Shown piece by piece: positions 21,101 through 29,100 of a stretch of DNA of 64,000 nt. The DNA is from an uncultured virus (IMG/VR IMGVR_UViG_3300027996_000021). Taxonomy: Duplodnaviria > Heunggongvirae > Uroviricota > Caudoviricetes. The position numbers and the translations under genes are program-made. The notes beneath the pieces were generated by a model. It saw only the letters and a program-made list of their open reading frames with translations. It was not told the DNA's origin and made no database searches. The DNA is taken from IMG/VR virus record IMGVR_UViG_3300027996_000021; one strand, 5' to 3'. Positions within the stretch are counted from its first letter, which is position 1. Each line of letters opens with the position of its first letter.

Positions 21101-21584
21101 AACTACAACAGGAGTTGGTGGTCATCCATTGGCCCTTAAATTCCAAGTTGATTTGAGCAATTCTGGTCAAGTATCATTGTTCCCAACTCTTTTACCTGGT
21201 TATCCAATTGTTGTTAAAGATACCGTAACTGGAACTGGAGTGACTTCTGTAGATTCTTCGGACTCAGAAATTGTTGGAATTGGATCCACTAATGTTGACA
21301 ATATTTACATTATCCAAGAGTACTTCATTGAAGGAACCACTGGTATTATCACATGTAATATTAAGTCCGATACTGATACTATTGGAATAATAACCACAAC
21401 AGGTGATGATATTGGTCAATTCTCTTGGGGCAAATTAAGTGATTTCACTAGAGGTGTGTCTCCAATTACTCTAACAGTTGAGGGTAATACTTTTGATGTT
21501 GGCCTAACAACCTATCCATCAATTACTAGAAGAGGTGTTGGTTTGAGAAACACTGGAAATATTAATAAGCAAGTTTCATCATAA
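6186..21584 (+). CDS. gp7: giant baseplate wedge initiator gp7-like structural protein (5132 aa)
   Basis: Lies between gp6 and gp8; FLKQYY, FYQSKGT and DNNYYQKMAYSIKS...AHISG motifs of cyanophage gp7; G/T/S/V-rich beta repeats. Confidence 0.85.
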   Translation: MIEPGIDKRVKVSQIIQGQLPSYVAIENPKSIDFLKQYYLSQDSQGLPADIIDNLDQYLKFDSLTPEVVSGTTTLTADVSDDDSIFNVESTKGYPNTNGLFKVGDEIIYYTGSTSNSFTGCVRGFSGITDYSSGEVVFNKTSAESHSSGDTVSNLNVLFLREFFKSLKVLFAPGFEDESFNSDLNVNNFVKNLRSFYQSKGTNESFNILMSCLFGENATVRNNSESLFSSSESEFRRRLFLVAEKVSGGDPLLLSGQTLSQDNNSNSLVINGASAPISEVEYTNRDGKDYYNIYLFQKYLDPSPGFEGEFSITPSTRCIGEVSIGDNVISVDTTIGFPKSGLLVSGNNVITYTDKTINQFLNCSGIERTILSGDDVRTNDVIYGYTRGDNEKVELRLTGTISNFEPIAGERIANTNLGDDFRTKSIGRKIINPDENKTVIENTFNSWKYNTASRIQISSFAGSVFVLGIDIDKAYLRNGDVVEVVQRGTNIVPVSEATVSITGDNEVVLSGTGISDLNTGISYDIRRKLKKASSSGIELQYGNDKITSNILNTYITKDSSEIFVASNSLPDYEISLDTIKRTIPVASVDSGSIQDLNSYGTYNILSFSDTVPFITGDEIVYIAGTAETPISGLEFGRNYFVEVLSPANKIRLYVARSFIQVSQNIKINEPIDEDTGSHSFIAASQYNKKIRGQKLLKKFSLERSFDTGSEINTIPGPTGMLINGVEVVNYKVEDKIYYGPLEEITLFNGGGGYDVVNPPKLNITGSSSTTGTNAITNLAVTGVLKDVLIDPQDFNINKINSISIVGGNGTGAEVEPIVIDYFRQVGFNGKYTESGGGVSIYEDTIETINNHNFKDGEPIVYSSNGNPSIPITGFGQTTLTGNFLETGGVYYAEVIDSLTFRLYETVSDFNGGINTVGFSTGSTSGGKHIFTLQESTKKLTGVNVLNPGSGYSNREVAIKTTGVSTVTNSLEFTSHGYETGELVTYSTTGDNIVGLNTDNQYFIIKINNNNFRLSDAGIGGTDTSDFNRRLVQKFSGIGTGLHVFNYQPIEVEINASIANTVGVITGTPIVTGEIVDVLLYEKGTDYGSKILNFEKRPGINVLNGNDVEFQPLIIDGQIIDILVTRFGENYFSPPDIIITSESGFGAVGRAVINDVGNVIDAIVLNSGSKYDAGDTFITGVSRGSNATFNSKVRGLSLNNRSRFPEYNGETVFDKGENELQYGVIGYNQNLKNSFEDTNENAHSPLIGYAYDGNPIYGSYGYTDANNSTSLIKEIKSGYELDVSQVVNRPSGFPAGIFVEDYSFKGTGDLDDHNGRFSKTPEYPNGVYAYYATIENDPGTGDIISSFPYFVGNTYRSTLVRENIAGSEVEINQDFDFNNNGLIRNTFPYNVSELFANYDFFTQPYQTELQRVIVKSKFNGGIDNIGIVSFGSDYKVGDNIVFDDEGTGGGASAEVLELIGKDVESITKEVLSYENFTFERLNGNQVVGYISTYHDLEATNIINISGLSTFVAGLGGNKTIGVPADDFKMLTNMPAEAVGGMATDIPVAPIPEFLRPNTDILIGDETLTILNVFDSKNVFDNFRGVVRAVRGISGSGHTVGTAITSKANRIIFNYSGENLNSKADTVYYFNPTEVIGFGTEVGVSTVRDYELLGVTTTRDIPTQSIYIQDHIFKNNQKVDFVKTSSGNPVSVSTVSAGSTFNLPDSGDIQTVYITNKSKNNIGIKTTLDSDELFFSNCDSESYEYYITSINNKITGNIDRLTARVSTASSHGLQVGDSVNFTLKSDLSVGIGTSTSVKVLFEDFIQNITVDPIGFTSTSVGLTSSRILVNSHGLVTGDLIFYDADELPAGIETGKYFVFSGDPDSFSLAETKSDITGDTLNLIEFTSVGGTSHTISKVNPQIPVIKNNDLVFDVSDSSLSGYNFKIYYDQEYRNRIVGTGQSTVFEVETDGAIGIGTTTATITVKFNEYLPNQLYYNVEELSTDTLIEPDSSVDNYSRILFSDSSYTNKSASVVGVASTSFLVNLREEPKKDSYTLSECDVISYTTRSTTTSGGIAKSRIISKGSDYNITPGISTITTESGSNAELFAISKEIGILGATEVQKSGFDFSVDKTLKPIADIPTYYELKRNKTLDTVKPSFGGKNYLSVPNLTLVESTTGKQIDNASLICSIDSGSINKVDIVSPGFGLAGVAHTVYALTGDNGLSIITADSVNTGIVTFTVVTPILGFSTNPLRAGDEVFVDGIDEYSSDGLGFNSKDYKFNFFKVTSFNGGIVPSTVTIDLSGISTNPGIAVTTVNFGTIIKRENYPIFNVTLKSATFIDNESLIVVKGNNNVKTNLTVVYSDDLRLRTFGDYKLVIGDVIIGEVSGTRATVETIDRYDGLYEVNFGSTIRYGWTDNRGFLNDDSQVVPDNNYYQKMAYSIKSPIEFDELIDPVNRLAHISGTKNFADTQIQTVAVAATNFVDAGASTLVIDIFADADVTTINNFDFAVDTDIINSPSAITNSIKFGNKKLTNYIECKTNRVLTIDDISSEFIDFENTVGNFKDIISYSAGTGVSRFIIIVRDVVDRTSYEVHEIVVLVDGEPNTFILQKNRIKANPQVPVIDPEAEITSLGEIDSLYDDVSATVKIRFTPSNPLKTYDIKAFRQVFDSRTSGIGSVTIGDTVIFGSTNTVGVGTTTSIVDLGIGDFNSAFAYVEITNQINSERDYAEVTILHDGVNAYIGEFGFNTSDRLLSFNPIGTFGATLVSDVLNLNYTNNSSNSTLVKASIVGFKTTNVGLRSEFFKLETQEGGSERTARLESNVIEEVAAGYGITVVGISTLNDRLAKSVIRVSSGNTQSLSQVMFTQDFGSIETFVVEYPQLGINTAIGFGTFSSEYSGQFANLVFIPDSKFTGDTIRIEEFSEIVYIDQDTNITSIPDFGFGTVIENVFQSRYTPNAKLDFELEHEGFQIYARRFNPQNSTVFDQTTGNIFIESHFLQDGQDIVYESGSTISGITSEAIGIGTTIAGGTEVTGDIFTNSKVVSSASTDQGLNIDDEFFGPGIGDGATIVSVGSTFRFFVGNSDGTNVITSIANTSVLAIGDTIVEELTQTGFGTITSIGINSIVVDNNVPVGVGSTYYSERLGIGISLSVVSTANTTSQVCFSGVTTDILPSNLFAIRIDNNNIKLATKKDFALRGVGIEPTSTGSGNDHLIDTTKKLEKSLIILDGVVQAPISRTLVEYDIQVDAGIGRTFLPLTGISTLVPDYILKVDDELMNIQNVGLGTSSSGPISGVGTFNLVNVERGFVGTEEVTHTDGTRAIVHRGAYNIVESKVHFVDAPKGAGGDFILDDRGLEFLRSDFSGRVYLKQDYTTNEIYDDISPSFTGIAKTFGLTVGGNYPVGLDTGSGSGVLFINGIHQGQTTDNNPSNVYELNPSDTTVDVEFSGTKLISGDPYLSELDAIKNQLPVGGRIVSIASSGGTGIAPLVGAKVIAEVGTGGSITNILGADTVGTYTTITDFVYDGVSGIATVTTAVAHGLVSSDFVSLRDIEFDCTSGYDSLVGVSTLDYDNVSGIMTVTTKTDHFLNKDMEVKFRDLKFECAKGFDNLLGVSTASYDHLSGIITVTTSSAHDLNRNMKVKFHDLKFECTKEFLPTVGIYTADYDNVSGIITVSTIGDHKLNRNMKVKFYDLEMECQKGFDTQLGISSTEYDHVSGILTVTTSTNHLLNKGMSLRLADLEFACTEEHAGVTTTIFPDGTNGRIFNTVESALSATQFTTQVGITTIPHIPIGGGTVETGITTTKFPSKAGIQYGITGFDYTESTGVGTITVNRNHNITIGETVDIRNIEFTCAVEHAGVTTTTFPDGTQGFEYEVLSVPSATELKVNVGISTIAHTYDSGGFVSGVKYLEGYTVTNVGSGTEFTAQIDTVGFAHTYVSGGLVQSGVTTNVFPSSEGKQFAIVNFEYTENSGSSIITLSGNHEISVGTDVKLEDIEFICSSEHAGVTTTIFPDGTQGDTFKVTGVGASTININVGISTIAHTYSAHGILSEVQYDEGFNVTKVNSTTEFEAQIPTVGFAHTYIAHSGGNVETGITTNVFPSDLGIEWAISGFDYTEATGVSTIATRKTHNITTGEFVRLKDIEFTCSSEHSGVTTTIFPDTIIDEFEVLDVPSGTEIKINVGPSTIAHTYSANGVAQGVKFVGGYKVGNVIDSKNFSVNALPVGFAHTYVAHSGGVVETGFTTTRFPDNRGIPFAISNFEYDKTTGFSTITTKKNYSGLAIGDVINLSGIAMTCLAYGNEIAIYDFDYTASTGVSTILTADNHGLSDGDLVMLRDIEFSCAAPHAGVTTTIFPDGTQGFYFNVNAGSSGTSIVTNVGISTIAHDYVSGTGKVRIGITTSIFPDGTQGSEFKIFGLPAPNQIITNVGVSTIDHIYDDHGIVHGIKTVGPYEIETIKTDTEFEVDVFKVGFAHTFVPNRRKGATVAEAAKFNYLTFGSGYFNAATVVVEEDGHSGSAATIITTVGAGGSLSFTIEDGGTGYTDPTIQVSIPSYANLPIEGISRLGIGATTDTGKGVTVSLSVGPAGTTGIGTTTFAVKGFTLNNPGFAFLRGDLFRPVGLVTAVGVGTNYSEFTLEVLNVLNDTFSSWNFGQIDYIDSIRSLQDGQRTRFPLKLNGNSLSFQRDITDQQSVEIDLDAVLLIFVNGVVQVPKKDYFFEGGTSFNFNFTSPPRVEDDISLYFYRGTRGTDSALVTVYETVKPGDRVQMLRSISGDVQSQDTRTIFSIIDSTDIETNVYRQQGIDGDKFRPLNFTRQKKDVIISEQVQYKVRDSLEAQIMPVGKVIGNFGSSDTEIFLDDAKFFQYEEDADGSNFGEIVCDALIVDYNDPVAAAVTAGVSVAGTITSLTINDGGSGYPDGDVSIRIANPPKVDNAKYGIVGVGTTAIATASASGGILTSVTITNPGFGYTNTNLPLVIVATAAPVTETIIDAPIILGYSGIITGIGTTTGVGGHPLALKFQVDLSNSGQVSLFPTLLPGYPIVVKDTVTGTGVTSVDSSDSEIVGIGSTNVDNIYIIQEYFIEGTTGIITCNIKSDTDTIGIITTTGDDIGQFSWGKLSDFTRGVSPITLTVEGNTFDVGLTTYPSITRRGVGLRNTGNINKQVSS
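16653..19545 (+). repeat. ten nested copies of a ~95-aa domain within gp7; the first five N-halves recur every 141 bp
   Basis: Cys codons at 16767, 16908, 17049, 17190, 17331, 17655, 18093, 18534, 18978 and 19116; recurring TTT-x-FP and H-T-Y motifs. Confidence 0.9.
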
Positions 21585-21587
21585 ATA
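21581..21587 (+). promoter_or_regulatory. late promoter ATAAATA
   Basis: Immediately upstream of gp8. Confidence 0.7.
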
Positions 21588-21611
21588 GAAAAAAAACCAC
21601 CCAAAATAGTA

Positions 21612-23174
21612 ATGGCGGCTATTGTAACGGACCAATTTAGGATACTGAATGTTAATAATTTTATTAACTCTGTAGAAAGTATTGAAAATTCATATTATGT
21701 TTTTACGTCCTTACCAAATCCAACTTTATCGGTTGGGTTTGGTAGAACGTCTGATTGGAATACAAACACATCTGGTCCACCAGCACCAATTGACAATTTT
21801 AATTATAGTAATCATGTCTATGATACTATGCTGTTCGGTAAGAAAATTACCCCAGCAAATATTCGTAGAGTTATAAGAAGAGTTGACTGGGAGCAGGGTA
21901 ATGTTTATGAACAATATCGCCATGATTATAGTACAAATAACTTATCTCCAATAACAGGATCAACCAGGTTGTATGATTCAAGATATTATGTAATGAACTC
22001 TGAATTTAGAGTTTATATTTGTATTGAAAATGGAGCAACCCCATCAAATCCAGCAGGAAATGCATCACAAGACGAACCAACATTCACAGATTTAGAACCA
22101 AATAGAGCTGGTGAAAGTGGTGATGGTTATATTTGGAAGTATCTTTTCACTATCTCACCATCAGACATCATTAAATTTGATTCTACTGAATATATTACCT
22201 TACCAGCAAATTGGATCACTTCAACTGATCCACAAATTGAAGCTGTTCGCAATAATGGTGATTCCGAAATCAATAGTAATCAAATCAAGACCATCTCCGT
22301 CAAAAAGGATGGATTTGGATATGGTCTTGGATTAAATGTTGAACTTGATATTTTGGGGGATGGTACTGGAGGAAAGGTAGTTGTTTCCACAGATAGTAGT
22401 GGAAGAATTACAAGCGCACAGGTTTCTTCTGGTGGTAAAGGATATAGTTACGGTATTGTTGATTTAGGCCCAGTTCAAAGTGGTAGTCTAACAGAATTTG
22501 CCGAGTTGATCCCAATCATTCCACCATCAAGAGGTCATGGTTATGATTTGTATAAAGAATTGGGAGCTGAGAAAGTTCTAGTCTACTCACGTTTTGATGA
22601 CTCCTCAAGAAATTTCCCAACTGATACTCAATTTGCACAGGTTGGTATTGTAAAAAATCCAACCTCATTTGGTTCTACGGCAGTCTTTAGTGCAAATAAC
22701 TATTCTGCAATGGGACAAATTAAGGTTACTAGTCCAAGTGGAAGTTTGGTTGTTGGTGATACCATTAAGCAAGTTGTTGGTACAACAACCGCTGTTGGAT
22801 ATGTAGCCTCTTTTGATGAGGAGACTAATGTGATCAAGTATATTCAAGATCGTTCATTGTACTTTAACAAGGCGACAGGAACACAGAGAGATTTTATTGG
22901 CGTCACATCAGAATCCAAATATGTTGATTTTGACTCAAGTGTTGAGTCTGTTACAACTGATGGTGGATTCTCTGCTTCTGTCGATACAAACTTCTCTGGA
23001 ATTACAACTGTTATTGGCAACAATACAATCAATCTCGGAGTGAACTTTACCGATGGACTTTCTAAGTCTCAGATAAATAAGAGGTCGGGAGAAATAATCT
23101 ATATTGATAATAGACCCACTATAGCGCGAAATTCTCGTCAAAAAGAAGACATCAAAGTAGTACTGGAATTCTGA
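21612..23174 (+). CDS. gp8: baseplate wedge subunit gp8
   Basis: YYVMNSEFRVYICIENG, DGYIWKYLFTI and C-terminal YIDNR...RQKEDIKVVLEF. Confidence 0.92.
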   Translation: MAAIVTDQFRILNVNNFINSVESIENSYYVFTSLPNPTLSVGFGRTSDWNTNTSGPPAPIDNFNYSNHVYDTMLFGKKITPANIRRVIRRVDWEQGNVYEQYRHDYSTNNLSPITGSTRLYDSRYYVMNSEFRVYICIENGATPSNPAGNASQDEPTFTDLEPNRAGESGDGYIWKYLFTISPSDIIKFDSTEYITLPANWITSTDPQIEAVRNNGDSEINSNQIKTISVKKDGFGYGLGLNVELDILGDGTGGKVVVSTDSSGRITSAQVSSGGKGYSYGIVDLGPVQSGSLTEFAELIPIIPPSRGHGYDLYKELGAEKVLVYSRFDDSSRNFPTDTQFAQVGIVKNPTSFGSTAVFSANNYSAMGQIKVTSPSGSLVVGDTIKQVVGTTTAVGYVASFDEETNVIKYIQDRSLYFNKATGTQRDFIGVTSESKYVDFDSSVESVTTDGGFSASVDTNFSGITTVIGNNTINLGVNFTDGLSKSQINKRSGEIIYIDNRPTIARNSRQKEDIKVVLEF

Positions 23175-23178
23175 AGCA

Positions 23179-26100
23179 ATGGCACAAAAAACAAATTTAA
23201 ATGTCTCACCCTATTTTGATGACTATGATCCAACTGATAATTTTTATAAGGTATTATTTAAACCTGGATTTCCAGTTCAAGCTAGGGAATTAAATAACTT
23301 ACAATCTATTCTTCAGAATCAGATTGAAAGTTTTGGCGATCACATATTTAAAGATGGATCTGTAGTAATTCCTGGTGGTGTTTCTTATGACAGAGAATAT
23401 TTTTCAGTAAAGATAAATTCTGATTTTCTTGGAATTCCAGTATCTGTATACATTAATGAATTTATTGGTACTGTTATTAAGGGCCAAACAACTCAAGTAA
23501 CAGCTAGAGTTGTAAATGTTTTATCTGCTGAAGATTCTGATGATGGGGAACTCACATTATATGTAAAATACTTGAATTCAAATGATGATGGGGAAGATGT
23601 AAGTTTTCTTGAGAGTGAATTACTTCTTGCTGAACAAAATATAACATATGGCAATACAACCATTACTGAAGGATCCTCTTTTGCACAGGTAATTTCTGAT
23701 AATGCAACTGCTATTGGTTCTGCAATTTCAATTGCCGATGGTGTATATTTTGTTCGTGGTTATTTTGTAGATGTTTATGCACAAACAATAATTCTTGATC
23801 AATATACAAATGAACCATCCTATAGGGTTGGATTGGATATTATTGAAAGGACAGTAAATGCAAATGAAAATGAATCTCTATTTGATAATGCCAGAGGATT
23901 TAATAATTATTCAGCTCCAGGAGCAGATAGATTCCAATTCGATCTAAAATTAGTCAAAAAAGATATTAATAATATTGATGATCGTTCGTTTGTAGAAATT
24001 TTAAGGATAGAAGAAGGAATAACAGCAAAATCTGAGCAAAAAACTCAGTATAATGTCATTAAAGATTATTTTGCAAAGAGAACTTATGAGGAATCTGGGG
24101 ATTATTCTGTAATTCCTTTCGATTTAACATTGGACGAATGTCTAAATGATGAAATTGGAAATGGTGGTGTATATGAAGAGTCACAAACAACTAGAGAAGG
24201 TAATGTTCCCTCAGATGATCTACTTTGCTTAGTTGTTGGCCCTGGAAAGGCATATGTAAATGGATATGATATTGACGTAGTTGGATCTAGAATTATTGAT
24301 GTCGATAAACCAAGAGATACTAAACCTGTAGAGAATGCTTTAGTTCCATTAGATCTTGGTAATATTCTAAAAGTAAATAATGTTTTTGGAACTCCAGTAA
24401 TAGGATTAAATAGAGACTCAACATACGTTGTAGAGTTGTATGACCAGAGAACATCAAGCAACACTGCTGGTACTGGAGAAAAAGTCGGTGAAGCTAGAGT
24501 ATACTCATTTTCTGTAACTGATGCATCATATGCAGATGATAGCACAGAGTGGGATTTAAGATTATTTGATATACAAACATATACACAATTAACATTAAAT
24601 GAAGAATATGAATATTCCAAGGGCACATACTTTAAAGGATTGAGTAGTGGTGCTAGTGGATACGCAAGTGAAGCATGGTCTAGTGGAAAATATGTAAAGT
24701 TACATCAAACATCTGGCACCTTCATGGAGGGTGAGCAGATTTCAATCGACGGTGTAACTGAAAATCCAAGAACAATTAAAGATATTATTTTATATTCTAT
24801 CAATGATGTAAAATCTGTATATCAGGATGCAAGTTCACTGGGACTTCAATCAGATTTTGTCGCTGATGTATCTCTAAAGTCTAGAGTTGCTGGAGGATTT
24901 AAAGCAACTGATAAAATTACCATCAATAGCGGAGGTACTGTAACATCCCCTGGAAATAAATTTACTGGAATTGCAACAAATACCATTATTAGATATCAAA
25001 ATACTTCAGATGCATATGCAGATGAGGTATTTAACAGAGTAAGTACAGTTTCCCCAGACGGAAACTCAATGACTGTTATAGCTGTTTCGGACATTGCTGG
25101 AGTCGCTACTGGATTACTTCCAACAACAGACATAACTGTTGATTTCAGGGTTGGTGAAACAGACTTTTCTATTGGTGATAATGGAGGATCACTCTTTATT
25201 CGATTTGATAATGATAATGTAAGTACAATTGATCTATCATCAGCAAATCTACCAATTTATGACCAAATTGATGGATTATCGACCGATGCGTTAGGAAACT
25301 TAACTGTAAACATAAGTTCAGTTGGAGTATCCAGTGCCCTATTTGAGAATTTTGACGCTGAAAGATATTCAATACACTATTCGGATGGATCTATTGAGGA
25401 TCTGACTTCTGATCAATTCAACATTAATACTGACGGTACGGAAGTTACTTTCACAGGATTAACTGCTAGTGAAACTGATGTCACGGTTATTGCAACCGCT
25501 AAAAAGATAGGTCTAAAATCAAAGATTAAACAGTTTACAAGAAGTACTAAACTGACTGTAGACAAGTCCAAAAATAAAGTTTCTGGTGTATCAACAAATC
25601 TTTCCAATGGTTTAGATTTCAACTCATTCTTCGGCCTAAGAGTTGAAGACGAAGAAATTTCTATAAATTATCCAGATGTTGTCAATATAGCTGCAATTTA
25701 TGAATCAAATACTAGTAGTGCTCCAGTTTTAGATAAATTAACTTTTGAAACAGGACTCGCATTAGATATTAATTCAATTCTTGGTGAATATATTAAAGGC
25801 CCAAATAATCAATCTGTAGCAAAAATTGTAACCAGATCTTCACCAACATCTGTAGAAATTGTTTATCTAAATGATGAACGTTTTATTGTTGGTGAAGAAG
25901 TAACATTCCAAGAATCTGGAATTATTGGAACAATTCAGTCAATTATATTTGGTGATTATGTCGATAGGACAAATGATTATATTTTGGATGATGGCCAAAG
26001 ACAAGACATCTATGATTATGCAAGACTTGTAAGAAATCCTGGAATTAAAATTCCAGCAAAACAACTTTTAGTTATATTTGATCATTACACTATCTTATCT

Positions 26101-29100
26101 ACGGATGAAGGTGATGCATTTACAGTTCTATCATATGATGCTGAAAGATATAAGACAGACATCCCAACCATATACAATCCAAATTCAACAAGTGCATTTA
26201 ATATAGTTAGAGCATCTGATACTATTGATTTTAGACCAAGAGTATCTCCATTTACTGGTACAACATCTTCACCATTTGATTACGATTCAAGAGATTTCTC
26301 TACTACTGGATCGACAACAAATCTGATTCCAAAGGCTGGTGAAAGTACTTTAATTGGTTATGAATATTACCTACCAAGAATGGATAGAGTAATTCTAACC
26401 GCTGATGGTCGTTTTAGAGTTGTAAAAGGACAGTCATCAGAGGATCCACAAACCCCAACAATTGTTGAGGAATCAATGACTTTGGCAACCATTCAATTGC
26501 CACCATATCTCTATGATATTGATGATGCACAAGTCACTCTCATAGATAATAAAAGATATACGATGAGGGATATTGGTGAAATTGAATCTAGAGTAAGTAA
26601 TCTTGAAGAAGTTACTTCACTTTCAATTCTAGAAAATGAAACCAAATCTTTACAAATTCAAGATGCTGATGGATTGAGCAGATTTAAGAGTGGATTCTTT
26701 GCTGATGATTTCAAAAACGGTGATCTATTTGATCAGGAATTTACAACTTGTGTTGTGGATGCTGGTATTAAGCAACTTTCTGTACCCACAAGTAGAATTA
26801 CATTATCACCACAAATTGCCCCAGCAGCTTCTAATCTGGCAAAAACTTTTGATTATACCACAAATTATGAATTGTTGGACAATGTTCTACAAAAGACTGG
26901 TAATGTTATCAGTCTGAGATATAATGAATCTCAATATCTAGCGCAAGAATTTGCTACCAGAATTGAAAATGTAAACCCATTCAATATTATCGAGTATACT
27001 GGAACTATAAGATTAGAACCTTCTACTGATACTTGGGTAACGAATAAAGCTGAAACCAAAAAAGTAACCAAAAAGAAATTCAAGACACTTACGAATAGGA
27101 GTAGACAGTTCAGAAGCAGAAATGTAGTTGGCAAACCCCGTACAGGGAGAACTACAATGACAACATCTACATCAAGTGATAGAAAAGTAACATCATCAAA
27201 ATCATCTGCAATCACGAATACATCTACTGATATTGATGTAAAAACGACTGATGATCCGTTTATCAGAAGTAGAAATGTTACTTTCTTTGCTGATGGACTA
27301 AAACCATTTACGAGATACTATTCTTTCTTAGATGGTTCCAAAAAACTTGACGTTTTTCCAAAATACGTGGAAATTAAAAGTGTTGTCGGATCATTTAAAG
27401 TTGGCGAAACTGTCGAAGGATTTATAACCACGAAAAGTGGCAAAGTTAAGAGAAGAATTATCTTTAGACTTTGTGTTCCTAATCATAAAACTGGAGACTT
27501 CAAAAACCCTGATCTGGCCCTAGACTTTAGTCCATATAATAAGAATCAATCATTAGAGAATACAACAACCTACAATACATCATCAAAATTCTTAAATATT
27601 GATTTAAATGCTCTCAGTTTGGCTGCTCAGGGTTCCTTCTTTGGACGTATTGTCACAGGAATGAAACTGATTGGTAAAACTAGTGGAGCTCAAGCAGTTG
27701 TTAAAGACAGCAGATTAATTTCTGATGGTCTTGGTAGTTTGTATGGATCATTCTTCTTTAGAACACCAACAATAGAAGAAAAAATTAAATTTAAAACTGG
27801 ATCAAAAACATTTAAATTGACAAATGTTGGTAATGATACTCTACCACTTCCTGGAGAGAAAAAACACAGTGAAGCAGAATCCATATATTCTGCTACTGGA
27901 ACTATTCAAAGAACTACTCTTACAACGACTCAAATAAGAACAATCACAACCACAAGAAATGTTGTGACCACGGTGACTCAAACAAATACTTTTAGATTCC
28001 AGAAACTACCACCACCAAGGATTATTAGAAGAACAACAGTTATTGATAGAACCAGAACCATTCGACCTCAAATTACTAACGTTAGAAATGTTACTAATGT
28101 AACGAATAATATTATTGAAGCTCCAAGAAGAGACCCACTAGCACAATCATTCTTAACAGACAAAAAAGGTGCATTTATTACATCCGTTGACATTTTTATG
28201 GCAACAAAAGATAATAAAGCACCATTAACAGTTGAGTTGAGAACCATTGATCTTGGTTTGCCCACAGGACAACTAGTATCTCTAGAGGCCCAAATTGTTC
28301 TAGATCCATCTCAAGTGAAAACCTCAGATGATGCATCTGCAGCAACTAGGATAACATTCTCATCACCAATCCCAGTTTTACCAGAAACTGAGTATGCAAT
28401 TGTTCTTCTTGCACCTACAAGTGACAAATATAATGCATGGATTGCAAAACTTGGTGAGAAAACTGTAAACACCAAGGAACTATCTGGTCCAGATCAACTT
28501 CAATATACTAAACAGTATGGTGCTGGTTCTTTATTCAAATCGCAGAATGGATCCACATGGACGCCAACACAATTTGAAGATTTGAAGTTTGTTGTCAATA
28601 GATGTGAATTTATAGCTCAAGAAGGAACTGCCACATTCTATAATCCAGATATTGATTATGATTCTGGAATCATACCAACATTACCTTCAAATCCAATTAA
28701 ATCTCTACCAAGACAATTGGATGTTGGGATTACCACTGTGGTAACAGATGATATGAAAAATCTTCTTAATATTGGAAGAAAAGTTGGTTCTGGAAACACT
28801 GTAACTGGATATATTGGTAATGTTGGTGGCCCAATTACAACTCTTAATGTAAACATTGCTGGAATTGGTTATTCTAATGGAACTTACAATGGAGTTTCAC
28901 TATTCACTATTAATGGCAATGGATCTGGAGCAACTGCCGATGTAACAGTTAGTGATAATGTGGTTTCATCAGTATCACTAGCAAGTACTGGAACTGGTTA
29001 TATCGTCGGAGAATCTTTGGGTATTACAACATCTGAGGTCTTTAAAGGATCGGACGCTCAGATTTCAGTATCTGAAATCTATGGATTTGATAAACTATAT

